DNA of 64,000 nucleotides from a virus. Below the pieces are notes generated by a model. It did not search any database and was not told where the DNA came from. It worked only from the letters and a program-made list of their open reading frames with translations. Location: positions 1 through 64,000 of IMG/VR virus record IMGVR_UViG_3300024327_000003. One strand, written 5' to 3'. Below are positions 17,865 to 27,669 of this stretch, in pieces (positions within the stretch are counted from its first letter, which is position 1; each line of letters begins with the position of its first letter). The position numbers were made by a program, and so were the translations under genes.

Positions 17865-18269
17865 ATGAAGAAATTAATTGCCGCCGTATTGTCGATATTT
17901 TTATTTTGCATGGTTACGAGCGCACATGCAGAAAGAGTTTGGGATGTAGGTAAAAAATGGAATAGTACATCTATTGCTCCAGACACTGATTGGTTTTCAG
18001 CAGATATTACACCTAATCAGCGAAACCTGGAAAGCGTTAAACATACTTTTCAATTCATGTGTCCTACAACGACTGTTGTTAATATGCAGCTAGTATTTAA
18101 TTCAATTACTAAAGTTCTTGCATTTAATTCTGGAGTTGCTCTAGATGCTAATAACGGATATGTATTTACGGTTCTGTTGCAGAAAAACATGTCATACAAT
18201 ATTCAACATAAAACTGGTACACAAAATTGTTCTGTAATTATTACTGAATCTGGGAATGCAGATCTATAA
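17865..18269 (+). CDS. secreted beta-rich protein with signal peptide
   Basis: MKKLIAAVLSIFLFCMVTSAHA signal peptide. Confidence 0.65.
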   Translation: MKKLIAAVLSIFLFCMVTSAHAERVWDVGKKWNSTSIAPDTDWFSADITPNQRNLESVKHTFQFMCPTTTVVNMQLVFNSITKVLAFNSGVALDANNGYVFTVLLQKNMSYNIQHKTGTQNCSVIITESGNADL

Positions 18270-18807
18270 AGGAAATATCATGAAAAAACTTATCTTATCT
18301 ATTCTATTACCATTAGTTCTGATATTTGGAACCGGTGCCGGTATGCAGGGTGAAAGGCCTGGAGCTGTAGGCTCATTTAACGTAGCAACTGGCGAAGCTA
18401 ACTCTAGGAACGCATTTACCCAGTTTCAAGTAAACGGGACGTCCTGGGGCCTTCAAACTGGAGCATTTGTTACTGTTACGACGTCGACTATATATAACGA
18501 TTATTGTGGCTCTATCTATTACATTGTTGGAGATAATGAAGGTGGATTACTTAATCCGACAATTACTATCTCTGATGCTGCTGATGTTCCTGGATGTAAG
18601 TTTACTTTTATTAGTGGAACAGATGAAAACGTAACTATTGCTACTACATCAGCTGCTAAATTTAGAGGCGGAGTAGGTGTCGGTCGTTTAGCAGATACAA
18701 GTATGAACGTTTCTGATATTGGAATTGGATTTACTATTATCTATACCAATGATGGTTTCTGGCAATTAATTGCTGGAGATGAGGATGCCATAACGTGGAC
18801 AGATTAA
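18256..18807 (+). CDS. signal-peptide protein with fibre-like C-terminus (start probably 18280)
   Basis: MKKLILSILLPLVLIFG after AAGGA RBS. Confidence 0.6.
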   Translation: MQIYKGNIMKKLILSILLPLVLIFGTGAGMQGERPGAVGSFNVATGEANSRNAFTQFQVNGTSWGLQTGAFVTVTTSTIYNDYCGSIYYIVGDNEGGLLNPTITISDAADVPGCKFTFISGTDENVTIATTSAAKFRGGVGVGRLADTSMNVSDIGIGFTIIYTNDGFWQLIAGDEDAITWTD

Positions 18808-19154
18808 AGATCTGTTTATTATTACTTTTACTCATTCCTGCAGCAGTTATGTACGGAAAAAGAGATAAAGTATTTAATTGCAGAGGAATGATCTCTAATT
18901 TACAAAAGAATATATGGCCTGTTGTTTTAACAGATCAATTACATGAAAGATATTGTCGAGGCACAGGTAAAGTAATTCCTCATCGTTCGATGATCTTGGC
19001 TTCTCTTGTAACTAAATACAATACGCCTTTACAATTAAAAGGCATGTCTCGTAAAGAAAAACTTATTGCTATAAATACTAGATTAGCTAATTCTAATGTT
19101 TATTATTTATATAAGAATGCTGCGATCGTAACTCTTAATGAATTACAGCATTAA
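18795..19154 (+). CDS. hypothetical protein with N-terminal hydrophobic segment
   Basis: 119-aa ORF, GAGG RBS. Confidence 0.5.
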   Translation: MDRLKICLLLLLLIPAAVMYGKRDKVFNCRGMISNLQKNIWPVVLTDQLHERYCRGTGKVIPHRSMILASLVTKYNTPLQLKGMSRKEKLIAINTRLANSNVYYLYKNAAIVTLNELQH

Positions 19155-19161
19155 GTTTTGG

Positions 19162-19608
19162 TTATGGTTTAACTTTATGAAGTTCTGTATCCCCTTTAAG
19201 ATATGGCGGCACCGGGTCTGGATATTTCTCAAAAAGTTTATTTACAATTTGCTGCATGTCTGCCTTATCAGTTTCTACCATTGAAACTGGTGGACGGTCG
19301 TCATTACATAAACCCCGCATTTGGGCATCGCGCAGTACTATCAAAGAAGCAATAGCCTTGGTTATGTGGTGGAGGCCACTGTCAGGGTCGATATCTTGAC
19401 CTTCCCAGTAATCTAATATATGCCCTATAGTAGCGTCGATATAAATACCGGCTCGAACACCGGCAACTCTATAATTATGCCGGCCGTACTTCATCGAACC
19501 TTCCATCATGCCTACACTTACTTCACGAAGTACGTTACCAGGTACATTTGTATAAAGCCTGGGTTTCTTAACAGCTATTCCATCTTTGGGGTTTGTTTCT
19601 TTTTTCAT
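19162..19608 (-). CDS. dATP/dGTP diphosphohydrolase domain protein (DUF5664-like)
   Basis: NPKD, GSMKYGRHNYR, GQDIDPDSGLHH motifs; AGGAGG RBS. Confidence 0.8.
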   Translation of the reverse strand: MKKETNPKDGIAVKKPRLYTNVPGNVLREVSVGMMEGSMKYGRHNYRVAGVRAGIYIDATIGHILDYWEGQDIDPDSGLHHITKAIASLIVLRDAQMRGLCNDDRPPVSMVETDKADMQQIVNKLFEKYPDPVPPYLKGDTELHKVKP

Positions 19609-19697
19609 GTAACCTCCTAGGATTATTATGATACGTTTGTATTAGCTAAATTAATTTGTTATATATAAATCAATATTTTATTTCATAAGGTATATAA

Positions 19698-20051
19698 ATG
19701 AGTGAAACATTTAAAGAAGAAGATTTTAGTACTTCGTCGTTTGATTTTACAGATGAGCAATTCTTATGCATCATCAACCATTTATTCAAATTGGATGCCC
19801 CTATGGGTGAAGATTTTGTTCCGATTGAGACAATGGATGAAGAAATTACTATCGAAAAATTAGATAGCTTGAGTGCTGTAGTTTTCTTTATCTGGATCTC
19901 TGAACTATTTGGGATCCCTGAAGACATGGTTAATGACTACATGGTGTCCGGAAAAAATACCGGCCGAGATTTAAAAGATTTTGTGATGAAGAACGCTACT
20001 CATACATATACTTATAAAGAAGCCGTAGAGTACAGCAAACGATGCTTTTAA
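19698..20051 (+). CDS. acyl carrier protein-like
   Basis: acidic; LDSLSAVVFFIWISELFGIP matches ACP DSL phosphopantetheine site and helix II; adjacent to KS. Confidence 0.75.
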   Translation: MSETFKEEDFSTSSFDFTDEQFLCIINHLFKLDAPMGEDFVPIETMDEEITIEKLDSLSAVVFFIWISELFGIPEDMVNDYMVSGKNTGRDLKDFVMKNATHTYTYKEAVEYSKRCF

Positions 20052-21058
20052 CCCACACTAATTCTGTATATTCTGAAAATATTTCTTTATTGGATTACGT
20101 TACGTATCCCCAATACGTACATGTCGTTAATAACGGTGGAGGACCCCTGGTTAAAAAGGGAATTAAAACAGCGTGCGAAGAACTGGTTAACTACGTATTA
20201 CAAGGTAAACATGGAGCTACTCCAGGAACTTTTGAATTTTTACGCAAGTGCACGGAGTCAGAATTCAATAAAGTAGGCCTTATATTGGCTGCCGGGGGTA
20301 CGCATTGGATGGGGCATTTAACTAGCGTTAAATGGTCAGATCAATATCCTACCTATAAAATACCGGTAATGGCTGAAACGCAGATCTACGCCGGCTCAAT
20401 AGCTAATAAGATCGGAGAATTTGAATATATCTCTACCGACGCCACAAGCTGCATCAGTGGACATTCCGCTTGGTACACAGCCCGTAACCTCATGAAAGTA
20501 GGGGCTTTAGATACAGTTGTTATTATCAGCGTGGATGACGGTATTTCAGAAGACTATTTGTCGATATTTGGAGAATTTGGGTTATCTAAACTAGTCGACG
20601 AAGAGAATAACCCAGCTATTACTAAGTTTAGGTGCGGCCAGGCCTGTAATATATCGGTATTTGAGACTGGGTATTCTGCCTGGAATAACGAACATAAAGT
20701 TATTGCCCGGATTGAGGATATGTATATTGGTGCCGAATCGCATAATACGCCTTTAGGTATATCAGCTTCTGGATCCGGATACCGTAAAGTGATAGATAGG
20801 GTGTATACTGATAAGATTGATTTTGTTAAAACTCACAGTACTTTCTCCGAGGATAACAAAATAGAGGAAATCCTTATTAAAGAATTATTTGGGGATATTA
20901 AGACAGTGAATTATAAACTACGTATCGGTCACACTATGGGGGCATCTACAGCTGTTGAAACTGCATTAGCTATCCAGGAAGAATCTGGCACGTTTTTAAG
21001 TTTAGGCGCCGGCATGGGTAATGTATTTTCATCTGCAGTGGTGAAAATTGAATCATGA
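20042..21058 (+). CDS. beta-ketoacyl-ACP synthase (FabB/FabF-like, shortened)
   Basis: ATSCISG (Cys), VKTHSTFS (His), KLRIGHTMGAS (His), SLGAGMG. Confidence 0.85.
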   Translation: MLLTHTNSVYSENISLLDYVTYPQYVHVVNNGGGPLVKKGIKTACEELVNYVLQGKHGATPGTFEFLRKCTESEFNKVGLILAAGGTHWMGHLTSVKWSDQYPTYKIPVMAETQIYAGSIANKIGEFEYISTDATSCISGHSAWYTARNLMKVGALDTVVIISVDDGISEDYLSIFGEFGLSKLVDEENNPAITKFRCGQACNISVFETGYSAWNNEHKVIARIEDMYIGAESHNTPLGISASGSGYRKVIDRVYTDKIDFVKTHSTFSEDNKIEEILIKELFGDIKTVNYKLRIGHTMGASTAVETALAIQEESGTFLSLGAGMGNVFSSAVVKIES

Positions 21059-21453
21059 TGTTTTCTCACGTTAATTTAATCCAAGAAGGCGAATCTGCAC
21101 TGTTTTATAGGTTTTCCCGGGAATTGCACGGTTACATGATAGCCGGCATATTCATTGCTCCGGATCTAGCTTCTAAAATGAATTTTGCTAAGATTTGGAA
21201 ATACTTCGTATCTTCGGTGGTTCAGGCAGACGATATCTATTGCTCTATTCTTTTAGGAACACAGAACTCAATGTTTAGTAATTATTTAGATTATCATGAT
21301 ACAATCAATGGGCTTAAGATATATAAAGTTGATAATTATCTTAAAGAACAATACAGTAGTTATGACATGCAAGCGAAGCGAGCTAAGAAGAGGCGCGATA
21401 TAGTACATATGACAAACCCTAAAAAATCCATTAAAGAGAGTATAAATCCATGA
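21055..21453 (+). CDS. hypothetical protein, possible GNAT-like acyltransferase
   Basis: ATGA-coupled to KS and portal; strand/helix pattern suggests GNAT, no diagnostic motif. Confidence 0.4.
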   Translation: MMFSHVNLIQEGESALFYRFSRELHGYMIAGIFIAPDLASKMNFAKIWKYFVSSVVQADDIYCSILLGTQNSMFSNYLDYHDTINGLKIYKVDNYLKEQYSSYDMQAKRAKKRRDIVHMTNPKKSIKESINP

Positions 21454-23531
21454 GTGACGAAGATGTTGGATTTGAAATAGATTTAATAGATACAGATGCG
21501 AGTACTCTAGTGGATTGGGAAAATCCACCTAGTCTTGCAGATCTTAAAGCAGATTTGGAATCCGCTCAAACTGCTCATAGTATTCATACTCTGGAAGTAG
21601 ATAATTGGATAAGAGTACTTGAAGGCAAACAAACTATTAACGCTAAGCGAGGTCGATCTAAATTAGTACCTAAGCTAGCGCGTAAGCAAGCTGAATGGCG
21701 TTACGCAGCATTATCAGAACCCTTCTTGTCTACCGACGACGTATTTAACACTTCCCCTGCTACCTTTGAAGATAAAGAGAAAGCCGAACAAAACGGCATG
21801 GTATTGAATTATCAGCTCAATTGCCGTATGGATAAGATTGGCTTTATAGATAATTATATTAGGACTGCAGTAGATGAAGGTACTGTAATAGTGCGTGTTG
21901 GTTGGGAATTCGAAAAGGGCATACGTACGGTTTACGAAGACGTATTCGAAGATCGATTAATGCAGGACCCTCAAACAGGACAACCTGCCTTGGATCCGTC
22001 TGGTGCGCCGCTATTAGAAAGGGTTAAAACTGGCCAAACAGAATCAGAACAAGAAATAACTATTAAAAACCAACCTGTATTAACAGTCTGCGATTATAAT
22101 AATTTAGTATTAGATCCCACCTGCGAAGGCGACATAGATAAAGCCAGCTTTGCTATTTACAGCTTTGAAACCTCATTATCCGAACTTAAGAAAGACGGTC
22201 GGTATAAGAATTTAGATCAAGTTAATTTCGAGAATGCTTCGGTATTAGCTGAAGCTGATCATAAAGTTAAAACTGACGATACTTCGTTTACTTTTAAAGA
22301 TAAAGCTCGTAGGAAGGTAGTTGCTCGGGAATACTGGGGATTCTGGGATATTGACGATACCGGAGAGGTTAAGCCATTTGTCGCCACCTGGGTAGGGAAG
22401 ACTTTTATTCGATTAGAAGAGAACCCCTTTCCGGATAAGAAATTACCCTTTGTATTAGTTCAGTATTTGCCCCGACGTCGAAATGTCTATGGTGAACCTG
22501 ATTCAGCTCTTATTGAAGATAACCAGAAGATCGTAGGAGCAGTAACGCGAGGAATCATTGATATCATTGGGCGTAGTGCGAGTGGGCAACAGGGCATCCG
22601 AAAGGATGCGCTGGATGTTACCAATGCAAGGAAATTTGAGCGGGGTGAAGATTTTAAATTTAATGCAAATGTGGATCCTAAAGTGGCATTTTACATGGAG
22701 ACATACCCGGAAATTCCTCGTTCTGCCATAGAAGTAATCCAGATGCAGAATAACGATGCAGAGGCTTTAACAGGCGTTAAGGCCTTCACACAAGGTATTT
22801 CTGGCCAGGCCCTGGGAGTTACAGCAACTGGTATTAGATCAGCCTTAGATGCTACTTCCAAGCGGGAATTAGGTATCTTACGCCGGCTGTCCAATGGAAT
22901 GACTCGAATTGGCCGTAAAATCATCTCTATGAATTCAGAATGGTTGGAAGACGAAGAAATCATTCGTATTACCAACGAACAATTAGTAGAGATCGATCGT
23001 AATGATTTAGGCGGTAAATACGATATTAAGCTTAATATTTCAACAGCTGAAGCAGATGAACAAAAAGCCAGCGAATTAGCATTTATGTTACAAACTGTAG
23101 GCAATAATATGCCTATTGAAATGACTCAGATGATTTTGTCAGATATTGCTAAATTGCGTAAAATGCCTGAGTTAGCTAAACAAGTTCAGGAATACCAGCC
23201 TCAACCAGATCCTATAGCCCAGGAAAAAGCTCAATTAGAAGTAGAATTACTACGAGCTCAAATAAGCAATGAGATCGCTAAAGGACGCGAGAATGAAGTA
23301 GATGTGGGTCTCAAGACAGCTAAAACTGCAACTGAAGAAGCTAAAGCACGGCAGATGCATAGCGATTCTGATAACAAAGATCTTGATTTTGTTGAGAAAG
23401 AATCTGGAGTAGCTAACCTTCGAGATCAGGATGCTGCTGAAACAAAACATGCTCAAGATATGGAAGGTAAAGAGCATGATAGATTATCTGCTCTTGACAA
23501 AGAAGCATTCAGTGCGTTAAATAAAGGATAG
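21450..23531 (+). CDS. portal protein (N4 gp59-like)
   Basis: WENPPSL, PKLARKQAEWRYAALSEPF, EALTGVKAF, KRELGILRRL. Confidence 0.95.
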   Translation: MSDEDVGFEIDLIDTDASTLVDWENPPSLADLKADLESAQTAHSIHTLEVDNWIRVLEGKQTINAKRGRSKLVPKLARKQAEWRYAALSEPFLSTDDVFNTSPATFEDKEKAEQNGMVLNYQLNCRMDKIGFIDNYIRTAVDEGTVIVRVGWEFEKGIRTVYEDVFEDRLMQDPQTGQPALDPSGAPLLERVKTGQTESEQEITIKNQPVLTVCDYNNLVLDPTCEGDIDKASFAIYSFETSLSELKKDGRYKNLDQVNFENASVLAEADHKVKTDDTSFTFKDKARRKVVAREYWGFWDIDDTGEVKPFVATWVGKTFIRLEENPFPDKKLPFVLVQYLPRRRNVYGEPDSALIEDNQKIVGAVTRGIIDIIGRSASGQQGIRKDALDVTNARKFERGEDFKFNANVDPKVAFYMETYPEIPRSAIEVIQMQNNDAEALTGVKAFTQGISGQALGVTATGIRSALDATSKRELGILRRLSNGMTRIGRKIISMNSEWLEDEEIIRITNEQLVEIDRNDLGGKYDIKLNISTAEADEQKASELAFMLQTVGNNMPIEMTQMILSDIAKLRKMPELAKQVQEYQPQPDPIAQEKAQLEVELLRAQISNEIAKGRENEVDVGLKTAKTATEEAKARQMHSDSDNKDLDFVEKESGVANLRDQDAAETKHAQDMEGKEHDRLSALDKEAFSALNKG

Positions 23532-23571
23532 AGGTTTAATAACTAGTTAATTTAACCATAAGGAAAATACT

Positions 23572-23910
23572 ATGCAGCCCATTGAACAAATTGAAGTTGA
23601 TATCGAGACAGCCGAAAAAGCACAAGCATTACGAGATCAATGTGTTAAATTACTTGATAACGAACATTTTAAAGTAATTATTGAAGAAGAGTATTTTCAA
23701 AAAGAAGCTGCTAGATTAACAATGGCTAAAAGTTCTGATCTTAATGATCAACAAATGCGAAATATTGAAAATATGATGTATGGGGTTGGTTCATTACGTA
23801 ATTTTCTTAGCGCTATTATGATTCGCGGTGCTCAAATGGATCAGTCTCTTAAACAAGACGAAGAAACTCGTGAAGAGATGTTAGCTGAGGAGATTGAAAA
23901 CCATGGCTGA
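23572..23910 (+). CDS. N4 gp58-like protein
   Basis: FKVIIEEEYFQKEAARL; synteny. Confidence 0.75.
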   Translation: MQPIEQIEVDIETAEKAQALRDQCVKLLDNEHFKVIIEEEYFQKEAARLTMAKSSDLNDQQMRNIENMMYGVGSLRNFLSAIMIRGAQMDQSLKQDEETREEMLAEEIENHG

Positions 23911-25087
23911 AGCTACAGAAACTCCAGGAACTTCTCTAGGAATATCTGACGAAGAGTTTTTAAAACAAGATCATAGTGAGTTTTTGTCTGATCCTGTTAT
24001 TCCGAAAACAGATGAAAAACCTGAAGATAAAGAAATTGAATCATCGGATCAAACCGATGAGGACGATAAAGAAGCATCCTCTGATAAAGAGGATAGTGAA
24101 GCACAGGAGCACACTGAAACTACCGCCGACAAGGAAGAAGTAGCCGACACTAATGAGGATACTCAACAGACGGATGAAACTTCTGAGGATAGTGATGATT
24201 CAGAATCTCTCGATACTGGTAAGAAAGACTCAACTGACACGAAAGGGGATACCCAGGATACAAAAGAGTTTGATTACAAAAGTGCATTTGAAAAGGTAAC
24301 TAGTCCTTTCAAAGCCAATGGCACTAAAATGCAGGTTAAGAATCCTGAAGATATTCAGCGTCTCATGCAAATGGGCGCTAATTATCAGAAGAAGATGGCT
24401 TCACTGAAGCCACATCTTAAGACAATTAAGATGCTTGAGAATAACGATTTACTTGATGAGGCTAAACTTCATCAATTAATCGATATTCATAAAAAAGACC
24501 CTAAAGCAATTGCCAAGCTTATTGAAGAAAGTGGAATAGACCCTTTAGATATCAATACGGATGACCAATCGGAGTATAAGCCGAAAGATTATTCGGTTAG
24601 TGACAAAGAATACAATTTAGATCAAGTACTGGAAGAGATCAAAGATACTGAAACTTTTAGTAGAACGATTGATGTTTTAACTAAAGAATGGGATCAGAAA
24701 AGCAAAAATGTTATTTCAGATAACCCAAACTTTATTACTATTATCAATCAGCATATGGGTAATGGAGTCTTTGATAAAGTTAATTCAGTAATGCAGCAAG
24801 ATAAAGCACTTGGTAAATTAAGAGGTGTTTCTGATGCTGATGCATATGGTCAGATTCTTGAAGATATGCATAAAAAAGGTATTCTTAAGCACACCGATGA
24901 TGATAAATCGTCATCTGAAAAGGTATCGAGCGAATCTGAAGACAAATCACAAGCTAATGCTGAACGTGATAAAAAACGTAAAGCTGCGGCGCTGGGTAAG
25001 CAAAGTACTTCAAAGAAAGAAGCAGCCGTTAAGAATTTTTTAAACTTATCGGATGAAGATTTTTTAAAACAAAATGCTCCCGGATAA
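23894..25087 (+). CDS. N4 gp57-like protein (acidic, scaffold-like)
   Basis: PFKANG, LMQMGANY; synteny. Confidence 0.85.
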   Translation: MKTMAEATETPGTSLGISDEEFLKQDHSEFLSDPVIPKTDEKPEDKEIESSDQTDEDDKEASSDKEDSEAQEHTETTADKEEVADTNEDTQQTDETSEDSDDSESLDTGKKDSTDTKGDTQDTKEFDYKSAFEKVTSPFKANGTKMQVKNPEDIQRLMQMGANYQKKMASLKPHLKTIKMLENNDLLDEAKLHQLIDIHKKDPKAIAKLIEESGIDPLDINTDDQSEYKPKDYSVSDKEYNLDQVLEEIKDTETFSRTIDVLTKEWDQKSKNVISDNPNFITIINQHMGNGVFDKVNSVMQQDKALGKLRGVSDADAYGQILEDMHKKGILKHTDDDKSSSEKVSSESEDKSQANAERDKKRKAAALGKQSTSKKEAAVKNFLNLSDEDFLKQNAPG

Positions 25088-25110
25088 TTTTATAACTCGA
25101 GAGAATTATC

Positions 25111-26409
25111 ATGGCTAACGAAAATGCATATAACAGTCCCACCGCAACCGATGCGGGGACTGCATCAGATATAGGCTTACAGGCCCGTACTGATTATTAC
25201 TATAAAAAAGCGCTTATTGCGGTTCGCGATAAGCAGTGGTTTATGCCCCTGGCTGACGTACGAGCAATGCCGAAGCACATGGGTAAGAAAATCAAGCAGG
25301 ATGTTTATGTTCCTCTGCTTGATGTACTGAATACCGGCGACCAGGGTATCAACGCTGACGGTGTTGTTATTCTTGCTGATGGAGAATGGTCTTCATGGGA
25401 TTCTTCTGGCGTAGTTACCGGTGTTTCAGATGCTTCTGAAGCAGCTGCTTTGGCTGCTGCTGGAGCTGGCGGTACATTCGCTATCAATGACCAGAACTTG
25501 TACGGTTCTTCTAAAGATACCGGTACGATTACTTCTAAAATTCCAGCATTAACTGAGAATGGCGGACGAGTTAACCGTGTTGGTTTCACACGTACGCAAA
25601 TTACTGGTGATCTGTATAAACGTGGTTTCTTCACTGAGTATACTCAGGAATCAATGGACTTCGATTCTGATGCAGAATTGCTGTCTCATATTACTGAGGA
25701 AGCTCTTGTTGGTGCCAATGAGCTGACTGAAGCCGAGCTTCAGGCAGATCTTATTACCAATGCTACAGCAAACGGTACTGCCTATTACATGGGAGGAACA
25801 ACCAAGGTCACAGTTGACGAAGTTGTTACATATACCGATCTGATGAATCTTTCTATTGCTTTGGATAACAATAAGACCCCAAAACAGACGAAGATTATCA
25901 GCGGTTCCCGTTTGATCGATACGAAAACCATTAATGGTGGTCGTGTTATGTATATCGGTTCTGAATTGATCCCGGTTATTAAAGCTATGGTTGATCTACA
26001 TAGTAACCCTGCATTCGTCTCTGTTGAGAAGTATGCTTCGGCCGGTAATATTCTAAATGGTGAGATCGGTACTGTTGATCAGTTCCGTCTGATCGTAGTT
26101 CCGGAAATGCAGTTTGCCGAGTATGGTGGAGCAGCTTCTGCTGATGTTGGCGGTACGGGTGCTTTGACAGATGCAGACATCTATCCAATGCTGGTTGTTG
26201 GTGATGGTGCCTTCACGACTATCGGTTTTCAGACTGATGGTAAATCTGTTAAGTTTGTTATTAATCACAAACCGCCTGGCAAAGATATTGCTGCGCTGAC
26301 TGACCCATATGGTGAAGTAGGGTTCTACTCTATCAAATGGTATTATGGTTTCATGGCCTTGCGCCCTGAACGTCTTGGTATTATTTGGACTGCCCTAACT
26401 GCAGTATAA
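25111..26409 (+). CDS. major capsid protein (N4 gp56-like)
   Basis: MPKHMGK, YVPLLD, LTENGGRVNRVGF, DPYGEVGFYSIKWYYG. Confidence 0.95.
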   Translation: MANENAYNSPTATDAGTASDIGLQARTDYYYKKALIAVRDKQWFMPLADVRAMPKHMGKKIKQDVYVPLLDVLNTGDQGINADGVVILADGEWSSWDSSGVVTGVSDASEAAALAAAGAGGTFAINDQNLYGSSKDTGTITSKIPALTENGGRVNRVGFTRTQITGDLYKRGFFTEYTQESMDFDSDAELLSHITEEALVGANELTEAELQADLITNATANGTAYYMGGTTKVTVDEVVTYTDLMNLSIALDNNKTPKQTKIISGSRLIDTKTINGGRVMYIGSELIPVIKAMVDLHSNPAFVSVEKYASAGNILNGEIGTVDQFRLIVVPEMQFAEYGGAASADVGGTGALTDADIYPMLVVGDGAFTTIGFQTDGKSVKFVINHKPPGKDIAALTDPYGEVGFYSIKWYYGFMALRPERLGIIWTALTAV

Positions 26410-26423
26410 ATAATATAAATTGT

Positions 26424-26461
26424 TTCCTCGGGAGCCTTCCAAGCTCCCGGGGAATACTTTT
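26424..26461 (+). terminator. intrinsic terminator after MCP
   Basis: ttcctcgggagc/gctcccggggaa stem followed by T-run. Confidence 0.75.
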
Positions 26462-26478
26462 CATAAGGAAAATAAAGC

Positions 26479-27132
26479 ATGAATGATACAACTGGAAAAA
26501 CAGGTGGCGAAATGAAACAAATAGCTGTTAAAGATATGGATGCTGGAGAAATACGTAAAGAACTTGCACAAAATAAAGTTACGTTGCATCACAAAACAGG
26601 CATAGAAAAGCTTATATCGACTCTTATTGCAGTCCGTACTGGCAATTACCAGGCTCCGGCACCTACAGAATCTGCGCCTAAAGCGCCTTCAAGTATTCCT
26701 AAACCGGTACCAGAAAAATTTGTAAAGCCTACTGCAGCTGCATTAGCAGCCAAAAAAGAACATGAAACACTGACTCGGGAACAGCGAGCAATGAAACTCA
26801 CACGAGTTATAGTTACTCCTAATGATCCCAATATGTCTTCGTATCCCGGGCTTATTTTTACAGTGGGTAGTTCTAAAGTAAATAACGGTCGTATGATTAA
26901 GAAATTCGTGCCTTTTAATAAAGAATCAGGTTGGCATGTTCCCCAAATTATTTTAGATACTATTGAAAATGCTGAAATGCAGAAATTTAAAACTGTTAAA
27001 TTGCCAGATGGTAATAAAACTTCACAGGCATATATAACCAAGAAATTTAATGTTCAAGTATTGGACCCGCTTACGAACGAAGAAATGCAGGCTCTTGCTG
27101 CATCTCAGCGAGCTGTTGGAGGGCTTGGTTAA
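26479..27132 (+). CDS. N4 gp55-like protein
   Basis: KKFVPF, GWHVP, VLDPLT..LAASQ; synteny. Confidence 0.8.
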   Translation: MNDTTGKTGGEMKQIAVKDMDAGEIRKELAQNKVTLHHKTGIEKLISTLIAVRTGNYQAPAPTESAPKAPSSIPKPVPEKFVKPTAAALAAKKEHETLTREQRAMKLTRVIVTPNDPNMSSYPGLIFTVGSSKVNNGRMIKKFVPFNKESGWHVPQIILDTIENAEMQKFKTVKLPDGNKTSQAYITKKFNVQVLDPLTNEEMQALAASQRAVGGLG

Positions 27133-27657
27133 ATGGCAGCATTAACTATTACAGACTTAACTGATAATATAGCTACCAGTGCTGCATTTGTCGTAACCGG
27201 TGACGGTGTATTTGACGATATGATGGAAACTGTTAATGCGCATTTTGATGCGCAGTTTCAGTTAAATCGTATTACTAATACTGATTTTGGACAAATATAT
27301 GCAGAAGCAGTAGCTGCTGTATTAGCTCAAGCTGTTGCATATACAATCGGAGTTCAAAAAGGCAATGCTGAAGAAACTTTGTTATTTCAAAAAGAAGTAA
27401 CTGAGTTTGCTCAGACTGGTCAAACAACGTTAGTTGCTCCAACTGCTGGCAGTATTCAAGGAGCCGCTGCTCTATTATCGGTTGAGCAAGCTAAAGGCTT
27501 TCTTTGGAATGCTGATCAGAAATATCTTAAAACTATCCTGGATGCCTGGGCTATTAATATCTCTACATCCGGCGTAGCAGCTACTGGTGTAGATGCCATT
27601 AACGAAGTAGGTGCCGGTAACATTAACACCCAAATATCTAACGCTGAGCCAACTTAA
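27133..27657 (+). CDS. N4 gp54-like structural protein (short form)
   Basis: GDGVFDDMM, NRIT; synteny. Confidence 0.75.
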   Translation: MAALTITDLTDNIATSAAFVVTGDGVFDDMMETVNAHFDAQFQLNRITNTDFGQIYAEAVAAVLAQAVAYTIGVQKGNAEETLLFQKEVTEFAQTGQTTLVAPTAGSIQGAAALLSVEQAKGFLWNADQKYLKTILDAWAINISTSGVAATGVDAINEVGAGNINTQISNAEPT

Positions 27658-27669
27658 TAAGGCTGTGTA

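Noticed and set aside
19162-19608. Z-genome (2-aminoadenine) pathway
   Set aside because: No PurZ or DatZ in the window; the DUF5664-like gene alone is insufficient
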